From Amphiscolops sp. MND2022 (taxonomy: Eukaryota), in NCBI GenBank assembly GCA_964187785.1, contig OZ076409.1:17796001-17860000 (forward strand): a stretch of DNA of 64,000 bases, in the 5' to 3' direction. Positions 12,785 to 24,500 of the stretch are shown one piece after another. Positions within the stretch are counted from its first letter, which is position 1. Every line of letters starts with the position of its first letter. The notes below the pieces were generated by a model. It made no database searches, had not been told where the DNA came from, and saw nothing but the letters and a program-made list of their open reading frames with translations. The position numbers and the translations under genes were made by a program.

Positions 12785-15700
12785 ATGGAGGCAGCTGGAG
12801 AAGATGTATCCACTGTTGTGTTGGCTGCTGAAGGTGTTTTGGTCGATTTTGCAAACTTGAGTCATTCATCTGGAGAGCAGGGTTTACAGGCGTCAGCTGA
12901 GGAGATGCTAGCAAGAGAGTCGGAATCCGTATGTTGTCAGTTCGCTCAACGTCTAAATGCTGCCAACATAGAAACTGCTACCTCCCTGCTGGAAATTGCG
13001 TTGTCTCACGAATTTCGTAAAAGACTTCACTTTTATAATTTTCATGTGTTGTATCAGCAACGTGTGTGACTCTTCAAGGCAATTGAGTTTAACATGGTTA
13101 CTGCGCTGGTTTGAAGGCAGGCCGATGTCGTTAAGTTAAGGACTTCACGGGAACTATTGCCTTGGGTGGACGGTTTGCCAGTTTGCTCACTACTTGCGTA
13201 TCGTTATTGAGACTAGTATACTTTCTGTTACAGAAGAGCTGAATTTGGTCGACATTGTTGGCGTATTGCGCTGTATGCTCCACCCGAATGAGCCGTCATC
13301 AGATTCGTCCGCTGTCGGAACGTTTGAAGCCAGTTTGAGGGCTTACCTCGTCTCTCGCAAAGGTAAGTAATCAGTTATCGTATATTACTTGGTGGTTGTT
13401 GTGATAATCTATCAATTCCACAAGTCACGTCGTGGGGAGGTTTTTGGCTGTGAGATGCCATTAGGGGCTGAGCAGAGCATGCTATTTTGATGTAGCCTCG
13501 TCATCTGGGTTGATTTGTTTCAGGTGTTACGGTCAGTGGTTGTCTGTCCCTTAGTGACCTCAGAGCAGCGCTTTGTCAACTGGAGAAAGAATTGGGTCAG
13601 ATCGTTAAGGCTACAGTGGGGCTCGGTACTGTCGGGGCTATCGCTGTTGACGACTTTGTTGTGCGTATCAAGGCGGCACTATGTGATGTAGTTGGTACAG
13701 CGGCCATGCAAACCTCTACTGTCATGGAAGATGTGCCTGTGTTGCCAACGTCCTCCAGTCTGGCTCCACTAGTGCCTGGGTCAAGTCAGTCAGATATCTC
13801 CGTCTCTAGTCGTCAGGGATCCGTGATGCCTTCGCTCTTTGGGGACGTCCAGTCTGGTGTTCCTTCCAGTCTGCAAACTGCGTCTGCTACTAAGCCTGGT
13901 AAAAACTCATAAGATCATGTGAGGGGTTTTAGTTTACAAGCTTTCTAAGACTACGCTTATGTACTAAGAACTTTAGGTAACTACTGAAATTTTTTTTGAG
14001 TTTGCGGTTGTGTTTTAGTTCGATCACGGAACACTGAAATCCTCGTAGTTCGTGTCGGGGGTGGTCAGGACGATTGTGGGGTTCCCGCGGCACAAACTTG
14101 TTGTGGACGGGTTCGATAGATGCTTGCTGTGTCGTGTGGATCCCAGCATCGCCGGGCGTGGTCTCTCCTCGTTGTGAGACCATTGGAAGGGGGTCGAACA
14201 TACGAGGCTTGAGCAGAAGTACCGTATCATGACCCAGAAGCCATTGCTGGACAAATCGTGTCGTGCTGTCAGTGCGGAAGAAGGTCGACGTATACGTCGT
14301 GAACGCATGTCCGAGCCGCCTGTGTATCTGGAGCCGGAGTTAAGTTTGACCGTTGACGAAAGAATCGCCATAGAGGAAGCCGAGGAAGCTGAGGGACAAC
14401 GGCCTCAGTTAGCTGCTGGAAGTGTCAACTATCTGTGGTTGAGTAACTTCATCAACAGTTTCGTGAACGTGGTTTTCTTCGGTGCTGTTTTGCGGCTAGT
14501 GGACTCATGGCGGGACTGTATGGCTGCTGAAATGCGTTTCGAGTGCAGGACTTTGGCTTACCCACAATGTCAGGTAGTATTTCGTTCAGTGCGGTATATA
14601 TTTTTTTGGCAATATTTTGTTAGTTATTTGCTTTTTCATCTCAAGCTACCATATAGTAGTTGTTACTACGTAATTTTCGGTTTTTGTGTTTCCTCTTTTG
14701 TTTTGTTTTTGTTTCTGGCTCATGATGTTTACGTGTGGTGGTATTGGGTACATTTTTGTTTTGCAGAGCTTGGTGTTGTATGGACTATACCCGTACGTTG
14801 TGGAACAACTGGACTGGCTCTTAGAGAACAGTACATGTGTCGGTGTCAGTGTGTTTCGCTGTGGTTCTTGATGGCGCTGTGAATGTCACATCGTCAGTGA
14901 GCATAGTGTTGCGTCAGTTGTCATCGCCCTAGTCGTTGACAGTGCAGGATGGGAGAAGCAACTGCTCAGGAATGTCGTTCCCATTCTCGCATGTTTGAAA
15001 GGCAGGGATCAGTTGACCACTGTGGTTGTGGAAGGAGACGCCTTGGTTGGCAAAGCATTGGCCGCTACAATTGCTCCAAAAACTCCCTTCGTGACTGGAA
15101 TGGTTACTCAGACGACTGTGTTCGAAGAAATTCGCAGGCAGTTTCTAATCGAGTTCTCTGCTCTGGATCCGCTGAGTATACTGGAGTATTTTCGCATTCG
15201 CCTGATATCCGTTGTCCAAGAACGCTTCTTAGATCGATTGCCGCATTTACGAGAAGTAAGTATTTACTGTGTATAGAGAAGGCTTTTGTTTGTAACTCAC
15301 TTCCTCTTTTGTGGTGTTCTTTCTTTGAGATTGTGCTCTTTACTCTTGTCCTGTGCTTTTGTTATGTGAAAGGAGGTGTTCTAGTAGTGTTTTGTTTTGC
15401 AGTATGTACGCTATGGAGGAAGTGACGTCGCTCAGTTGGCCAAGGTGTGCACTGAAATAGTTGAATACTGGCACGATCTAGCCTTGTATTTCGGGACGCA
15501 TCGACTTAATGTGACTTCAGAGTTGCTGGTGATTACGCCTTTGGAGAAGCAGGTCTTTGACGAAGCTATGGTTCGGCCGCAGTTTGCTGTACTCGGCGTG
15601 GTGTTGGATCTGAGTTAGTCTAGGCTATTCGTATCCTACTGAGTCGTATTTGATTTTTTCTCTTTTTTTCTAGTTCTCAGTGACTCCTCGTTGTCTCGCC

Positions 15701-17163
15701 TTTTTTGTTTTGTTTTTTTTTTGTTTTTCTTTGAAATTAGGGCTGATAGCTTCGTAACTATAACTGGTTTTTGTTGGATTGATCTTTTTATAACCGTGAT
15801 TGACGTCGTTTTGTTTCAGTGGTGAAGTACTGTACTCGACTTTGTGGGCAAGGACGGGACCGTCATTCAGTCGTGGAGCGTGAACTTGCGCATTTTATTC
15901 GTGGGTTGATGCAGTTCGTGTACCCGTCGTCTGTTATTCCGGCTGCCTACGACGTGACCGCTTTGTTAAAGCCAGTGGATCTCGAATGATGTGGATGCGG
16001 ATCTTTACCGTTTACATTTCGGGCAGTACTTTCGCTTTGATATCAGTACCCAACTGCCTTATTTCTATAAATCGGTTCAAAAGTTGTTGGTTGGGCTGTG
16101 TACCGGATTGACGCGTATGTGGCAACGAGTGTGGGCTGAGTACTTCAGTTTTACTCCTTTGGACACTGATTTGATACACAGTGGTTCCGACGACCGGCGC
16201 ACCGACGCGCTTGTAGAAACCTTTGCTGTTCTGACCGATCGCGGCTTACTTGACTTGGGTTACGGAGGAGCAGTGCAGCAGGAGTATATGGAAGTAACGC
16301 AATACTTCAAGAGGCGTTGGTCGGCTTTGCAAGAAGGGGTGCCTGTTGTGGACGATGTAATTGCTATGTGGATGTCGTACCCGTATTGGGATCGAAAACA
16401 GCATTTACGGCGCGTATTGGATGTAGTATTCGGAATAGTTGTGGTGAGTCCTTACGTTGCCGATTTCGTGGACGATTCTCAGACAGCTCTGGATTCAGAT
16501 ACTTTGGTATCTAAATTGCACTTCGTGAGGAGCTGGTTCCGTTATTCATTTGCGGCACGGACGCGACGGAATCTCCAAGGGTTGCTGCGCGTTACTGACT
16601 CAAGTGACATGTTGGAATCGCGTTTATCGGATGAGGTCCTAGCAAAACCTTGGGACCAATTGCTCAAAGTTGGCTTGGATACGACATTGGCTAGCTGTGA
16701 ATCTGTTTTGTCTAACGATCAGAAATCAACTGTTGTTCCTGCGGTGGATGATTATCGTTCAAACGTGTTAGCGCAGCTCAGTGCGTTAGATAAAGAACCT
16801 GCCAGTCCTGCTCGTGGTCCCTCAAGTTCGAAAGGAAAACGCTCTGCTGAGACATCCAAAGCTAAAACGGCCTGTACGCAGTCGGCGGTGAAGCTACAGA
16901 ATCCTGTGAGTACACCTGTGCGTCGTTCTGGTGCTAAGAAAAATTCGTCGCGGGGCCAAGGCTCTTCGACTCGAATTGGCATTGGACGAAGGACCGGAGG
17001 AAAACCGCGTGGTGCTAAAACTTTGAACCTGTCTACTTGTTTTAGCAGTTCTGTGTCGCACGACGTAAAGCAGTCTGTTGGTAAAGGAAAGAGTGTGACT
17101 GTTAAGAGGAAGGCTCGACGAACTGTTCTCGAGTCTTCAGATGGTGTTTCGGATGAGTATTAA
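12785..17163 (+). pseudogene. Antisense multi-exon gene inside the retrotransposon, hAT-transposase-like, ~1150 codons; exons ~12785-13016, 13058-13172, 13234-13362, 13524-13898, 14019-14573, 14767-15255, 15403-15613, 15820-17163
   Basis: GT-AG introns with pyrimidine tracts (e.g. AAG|GTAAGT 13362, TTTCAG| 13523, GAA|GTAAGT 15255, TTGCAG| 15402); five of seven junctions are directly phase-compatible and two need a nearby frameshift. C-x2-C-x16-H-x5-H finger at 14121-14201. This copy has three in-frame TGA stops and about three frameshifts. Confidence 0.8.
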
Positions 17164-17579
17164 TCTTGACTCAATTTGTCAGTGAACTTGTTTTTTTGCA
17201 ATTTTTTGTGAACTGTGTGTATTACTTTGTTTGACCGCCTTATTTGATAATGGTTTTTTGTTTAAATGAGTGTACTATTTTCCGTAGTTAGAATGCAGAA
17301 CAATTTACATGTTGAGTACGTTAAAATACTTTTTTTCTACAAGTTGCATGTAGTTCGTTTAGCTGCATTTGATGGTTTACGTTGTTTGGCGACTAAGAAA
17401 ACTTGGTTTTTTCATGAATTTTAAATTACAAGTAGTTGTGGTTAGGTATTTGTAGTGAGACTTCATCATCGCTGATGTGTGTCTTTTGTATTGTCCAGCA
17501 ATGGGAATTGGGTTTCCCCATATCCATTGGCGTTTGATGTGTCTAGACCTTGTTCTTTCTGACGCGAGGCGAAGCCTTT

Positions 17580-20500
17580 GAATCATCAGTAAGAACAAAG
17601 ACGTCACAACTTAATTGTCAGGTAAAGGTGACGACTGCATGTAACTGTCCTTAAGGAAGAGTTTTTTCTTTTCTTTTTTTTCCTTTCAGTTCATTGGGAA
17701 AGTTGTTTGCCGTCGCAAAAACCCATACAAAACTAACACCGAATCCACTTGCTAAAGAGCAAGCTTCATCTATCTGAATGTTTGACCAACCACACAGACG
17801 CGCTTTTGATGACGCACCCACACAGCCGAACCACATCATGGTTATTCGGGGCGGAAGTGTGAAACTAGGTTCTGGTGACGTAACTTAAACGAATCGGCTA
17901 ATTCTTTTACATTCTCGTTTGTGGGCTGTTATGTTTGCAAAAGCGACGTAATTTAGTTGATTCAGAGTTGGTGGTTACGGAATTGCAAAGCAATTCCTTT
18001 GAAGGCGTGTGGTTGGAGATTTTCGTGAATTGCATAAATTAGTGGTTCACTTGCACGTGTTTTACATGTACTTAGTAAGTTCCGGTTAGGTTGATGTGGT
18101 GCATATGACTGCATTACATGTATTTACTTTCGCGCTCAGCTGTCTCGGTAGAGAGTAACAATTTACTCTGCCAGTAAAACTCGGGTCTGCAGGACAGTGA
18201 GTATCAGTCCTCACTGAATGGTGTAAAGTGAACTGAGTAATTCGATGGCATGGTTGTTACATGTGGTGATGTAGACAACATTCAGTTAAATGCATGTATT
18301 TTTTATTTATGGTAAGATTGACGTGGTATGCGTGGCAGCGTTAGGTGTTTCTTTTCGTTCATTCCGCTGGTGGAATAGAGTGAAACGTTAAATAACACGT
18401 AGCGACGCGGTGTGTGGAACTGCGTTACGGATGTCTCGTCTGTCGTTCGTTAGCCGGTTAAGGGCGGAACTATGCTACGGCCGGTAATTTTGGAGAGTGA
18501 TGACAGTGAGTGTCAGTCGTTACTTGTGGTAAAATTCAGTATCGGTGTTTCTCGTGGCTAGGCTACTTGATTTAATTTGCATGTATGTGTTACTAGACTC
18601 CCTTTTTTGGAGAGAGTGTAAAACACTCCCATTTAATTTTTGTATGTGATTTTACTCCCGTGCTGACACGAGGCGAAGCCTACGGATTGTCAGCGAGAGG
18701 AAAAAATAGATGTTATGTTTGCATGAGTTTTAGTTGGCGGGTCTGTCTTGCATGAATTTTAGCAAAGCGGGCTTTACTCGGAGTTCGTGGACTAAAAAAT
18801 CTTGATAGGTTTCCGGTTGCGGCTCGGTTCGGAGGTTGTACCGTGTTGTGTTGTTACGCGATGTTGCGTAGTTACGTTCGTTGTGAGTTGTTGCGGTATG
18901 TTCGGTAACGGATTCGTTTGTTTCTGTAGCAGATTCATTGCTGGTATCGTGATGAACGACTGAATTGTCAGGAGGTTGCTCACAAGTTTCAGGTGGGCTT
19001 TCAGGAACTGGTTGCAGCAGCGTTTGCTCATACGATTTCCGTACGTGCTCATAATAGATGACGCCATGTTCATTGTCGGTTTCTTCTTGATCGATTGTTT
19101 CTGGTGCTGGTTCTACGTACAATTGTTGGGGCATGTGGTCATTGAAGAGCGCTTGATCATCCATTACGATACATATGCCGCAACGAACTAGCAAGATCTT
19201 GCTAGTTCGATTTACAGCCAATGAAAACGCGTTATAATTCTAAATACGCGTTACGCGTTTTGCTCGTTACACTGTGTGATTTGGCGTTACGCGTAGTGAT
19301 CAAACTACAGCAAATGACTACTTTACACTCTCTACAATTACGTACTTTGACTGGTTTCCACTTCACACACGGCGACGGAAATTGATTGTTTTACACTTTA
19401 ACCTGGTACACAATTTGACTGGAATTCATTTTGGCAAAGTGTGTACGTTAGTGATTTTGATTAGGATATATGATTATGCCAGCACTCTTTACTAATTTAT
19501 AAGTTACTAATAGGTTACCTAAGTTATACATCGTTGGCACTAGAGTTGATGGGGACATATCTCAGGCACGTTTCATACTTTAAAGACGAATCATCAGTAA
19601 GAACAAAGACGTCACAACTTAATTGTCAGGTAAAGGTGACGACTGCATGTAACTGTCCTTAAGGAAGAGTTTTTTCTTTTCTTTTTTTTCCTTTCAGTTC
19701 ATTGGGAAAGTTGTTTGCCGTCGCAAAAACCCATACAAAACTAACACCGAATCCACTTGCTAAAGAGCAAGCTTCATCTATCTGAATGTTTGACCAACCA
19801 CACAGACGCGCTTTTGATGACGCACCCACACAGCCGAACCACATCATAGTTATTCGGGGCGGAAGTGTGAAACTAGGTTCTGGTGACGTAACTTAAACGA
19901 ATCGGCTAATTCTTTTACATTCTCGTTTGTGGGCTGTTATGTTTGCAAAAGCGACGTAATTTAGTTGATTCAGAGTTGGTGGTTACGGAATTGCAAAGCA
20001 ATTCCTTTGAAGGCGTGTGGTTGGAGATTTTCGTGAATTGCATAAATTAGTGGTTCACTTGCACGTGTTTTACATGTACTTAGTAAGTTCCGGTTAGGTT
20101 GATGTGGTGCATATGACTGCATTACATGTATTTACTTTCGCGCTCAGCTGTCTCGGTAGAGAGTAACAATTTACTCTGCCAGTAAAACTCGGGTCTGCAG
20201 GACAGTGAGTATCAGTCCTCACTGAATGGTGTAAAGTGAACTGAGTAATTCGATGGCATGGTTGTTACATGTGGTGATGTAGACAACATTCAGTTAAATG
20301 CATGTATTTTTTATTTATGGTAAGATTGACGTGGTATGCGTGGCAGCGTTAGGTGTTTCTTTTCGTTCATTCCGCTGGTGGAATAGAGTGAAACGTTAAA
20401 TAACACGTAGCGACGCGGTGTGTGGAACTGCGTTACGGATGTCTCGTCTGTCGTTCGTTAGCCGGTTAAGGGCGGAACTATGCTACGGCCGGTAATTTTG

Positions 20501-21596
20501 GAGAGTGATGACAGTGAGTGTCAGTCGTTACTTGTGGTAAAATTCAGTATCGGTGTTTCTCGTGGCTAGGCTACTTGATTTAATTTGCATGTATGTGTTA
20601 CTAGACTCCCTTTTTTTGGAGAGAGTGTAAAACACTCCCATTTAATTTTTGTATGTGATTTTACTCCCGTGCTGACACGAGGCGAAGCCTACGGATTGTC
20701 AGCGAGAGGAAAAAATAGATGTTATGTTTGCATGAGTTTTAGTTGGCGGGTCTGTCTTGCATGAATTTTAGCAAAGCGGGCTTTACTCGGAGTTCGTGGA
20801 CTAAAAAATCTTGATAGGTTTCCGGTTGCGGCTCGGTTCGGAGGTTGTACCGTGATGTTTTGTTACGCGATGTTGCGTAGTTACGTTCGTTGTGAGTTGT
20901 TACGGTATGTTCGGTAAAGGATTCGTTTGTTTCTGTAGCAGATTCATTGCTGGTATCGTGATGAACGACTGAATTGTCAGGAGGTTGCTCACAAGTTTCA
21001 GGTGGGCTTTCAGGAACTGGTTGCAGCAGCGTTTGCTCATACGATTTCCGTACGTGCTCATAATAGATGACTCCATGTTCATTGTCGGTTTCTTCTTGAT
21101 CGATTGTTTCTGGTGCTGGTTCTACGTACAAATGTTGGGGCATGTGGTCATTGAAGAGCGCTTGATCATCCATTACGATACATATGCCGCAACGAACTAG
21201 CAAGATCTTGCTAGTTCGATTTACAGCCAATGAAAACGCGTTATAATTCTAAATACGCGTTACGCATTTTGCTCGTTACACTGTGTGATTTGGCGTTACG
21301 CGTAGTGATCAAACTACAGCAAATGACTACTTTACACTCTCTACAATTACGTACTTTGACTGGTTTCCATTTCACACACGGCGACGGAAATTGATTGTTT
21401 TACACTTTAACCTGGTACACAATTTGACTGGAATTCATTTTGGCAAAGTGTGTACGTTAGTGATTTTGATTAGGATATATGATTATGCCAGCACTCTTTA
21501 CTAATTTATAAGTTACTAATAAGTTACCTAAGTTATACATCGTTGGCACTAGAGTTGATGGGGACATATCTCAGGCACGTTTCATACTTTAGAGTC
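17580..21596. repeat. Tandem duplication of a ~2008-bp unit (17580-19587, 19588-21596)
   Basis: Near-identical copies both starting GAATCATCAGTAAG; duplicated 62-aa and 163-aa ORFs in the ORF track. Confidence 0.97.
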
Positions 21597-24500
21597 GTTT
21601 TATTTCTATTTTATTTCTATTCGAGCACGTCGTGATATTTCTATTTGCTATTTTACTATAATTCATCAAAAATCCATCAGCTAATTTGCTGACAGCATCC
21701 TTTAGCGAATTTCATAAAGTTTATCGCATTGACTAATTAACAGCATTAAACATTGACTAATTTACGTGGTAGATAGCTCTAAGTGCTCGAAAAATGGGTT
21801 CTAGTCAAACATTGACTAGTTTACGTGGTAGATAGCTCTAAGTACTCGAAAAGTGAATTCTAGTCAAACATTGACTAATTTACGCTTTATACACGTTACG
21901 GAATTGAGCCAATTGTAGGTTGAAAATCTTGACTGGTTTCTACTTTTCTCTAATTACGCTCAATGACCAAAATCCGCAAATTCTGATTACACTGTGCATC
22001 AAAATTCACGATTAACACACTACTCTGTTTGACTAGAATACGGTTCGTTCTCGTTTTACGGAAAATACACTTTACACTTGATGATAAAGTCCACTTTTGC
22101 GGCATATGTATCGTAATGTCGACCGCATCGGGATCAGCGAACAAGCGATTTGAGTCTTCTTTAATGTCCGGTATTGGTGCGTTCGGTGTGAAAGGACGTA
22201 ATCGCACCCTATGCACGCACTGTGTTCGGAAAGTGCCGACTTTCCTGATTATGTAGTTAAAGTTTGTCAGTACTTTAATTACTTTGAAAGGACCTTCCCA
22301 TTTGAAGTCATTGAAGCAAACCATGTCGGACTGTGTTGTGAGTTTGGGATTAAGCAGGAATGTGTAGTCGTTGACCTTTATTGGTAATGCTTGGGCTTTA
22401 CGGTCGTAGTACTTTTTGTACTTGTGCTATGCCTGCAGTATGTTGTCGTTGACTTGTTGGTACTTGTCGTTCACCTGGTCGACTAATCTCGTTATGTCAG
22501 TTTCCGTGGTTTCACATTTCAAGGGGTTGTCGAATTTGAGGTCTAGTGCGTTAAACGGAACTCTGCCCTGGAAGACTTCGCTTGGAGTGCACTTGAGTGA
22601 TTGATGGTAGGTTGTGTTATGAGCCATTACCGCGAGGTTAACGTACCTGTCCCATTGGGGGGAGTCGACGGAAATGTTAATCTTCAGAATCTGTTTCAGA
22701 TTTTGGTGGGAACTCTCCACCATCCCTATGGTTTGGGCATGCTTTACAGTAGCGTGATCGGTTTTGATTCCGGCAGTTTTCATTATTTCGTTCATGAAGT
22801 TGGATGTGAAAGCCGTGCCATTGTCAGTGATAATTGTCTTCGGGACGTAGACGTGTTGGGTGAATATTTGCATGAGTGCTTTCACCAACGATTTAGTGTC
22901 TGGTTTTCGGATCGGCACAGCGAACAAATACCGCGACAAGTAGTCGCACGCCGTCAGGATGTGCGTATATTCGTTTGAGTTATGTAGTTCGTCTACCAAA
23001 TCGATTTCCAGTACGTCTTCCGGACCGTTGCAGGGGTCGTAGATTTTTTCCAGAGGAGGCGTTAGTCGTTTCGGATTAACAGGTTTTGCTTTGATGCACT
23101 CAATACAGTTACTTACGTATTTTGACACGTGTTCGCTCAGGCTTGGTATGTAATAACGCTTGCGGAGTTCTACCAACATTTTTGATGCCCCAGGGTGTCC
23201 CCGCATGGGGTCGCCATGCATTGTCCTGATTATGAGCATAGTAGTTTCTGGAGGTACTACTTTTTGTTTGAGTAGAATTCCGCCAGTGTTATCAAAGAAG
23301 TTCCTATACAACACTTTGTTGACTCTTCAAGTCTTTTTTTAATTTTTACCAGTTTTTGAAAAAAGGAACTAGTAAAGTTAACGTGGTTTGGTAGTGGTTC
23401 GTTGTTCGTTAAAATGCGAACCATTTTTTGGACGTCTTGGTTACTTAACTGATCTTGGACGATTTGTGATTCCCCTTGCGGGCATACCTGATTTACTGAG
23501 TTGGGGTGGTGACGTCTGGTAAACCTCGTCAGTATGATGGAAGGGGTGTCTTCTGCCAGAACGGGTTCAAGGTGTCGGCTGATGATCTGAATCATCTTGA
23601 GACGTTCGTCGTCATGTGACTGATGGTTGTTCGCCATTGAGTTTAGCAAAGTTCGCATCTTTGTGAAATCGTCTGCTGGACCAGTGGTTTCAGGCTGATG
23701 TGTAGTGGGTGTCGCTACATCGGATTGCTGTTGGTCCGGGTCGTAGTTTTCTTCGTCCTCGTCCTGTTTTGGGGTTTTGGCCGCAAGATCTATCTCGATG
23801 TGGTGGACTGGGATCTGGTCATTCAATTTCAAGTGAATTCTATCTTCAGGATTAATATCGAGTCGGGACAAGTAATCTGCAGCAGGGTTCTCGACTCCAG
23901 GGACGTGGGCGAGAACAAAGTCAAATTGAAGTGCTTGGTCGCAATGGTTCCACAGTTTGGGTGGGATTCATTTCGACTAGAAAAAACGGGTCAGTGATTT
24001 GTTGTCCGTCATCACGATTGTGGGTTTTTTGACTCCCCACAGTATATGAGCAAATTCGTCGAAGGCGAAGTGCATTGCGAGGAATTCGTTAGCATACATG
24101 GTCAATGACATTTGACCTTCAGTGAATCGTTGCGAGCCGAATGCTACAGGGGCGTACGTCTTCTTCTGTCCATCATTGGCTTCGGTGTAGTCTTCAATGA
24201 GGAGCACGTTCCCTGCTGCGTGTTCGCTCGCATCACACATGATGACCAGTTGCTTGTCTGGTAGTGGTAGTCGAAGAGATAGTTTTGCAGCCTGCGCCAG
24301 GTTCTGATTAACGTCGAAGATTGCGTCCCTGTGAACCTGCGTCTTTCTGTAGAAATTTGTACAGAGGTACGAGCTTTTCTGCCAACATCCGTATGTACTG
24401 TCTGTAAAATTGTACAAATCCGATGTAGCGTTGTAGTGATTTGACTGACGTTGGTGTTTTCAGGTTGTTGAGGAAATTGTCGATCTTGTCCTCAAGTGGT

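Noticed and set aside
17559..18694. Hammerhead ribozymes
   Set aside because: The CUGA is not followed by NGA, and there is no GAAA/NUH core.
18730..21230. 163-aa ORFs as separate env or accessory genes
   Set aside because: They are the integrase C-terminal tail detached by the MITE and then duplicated.
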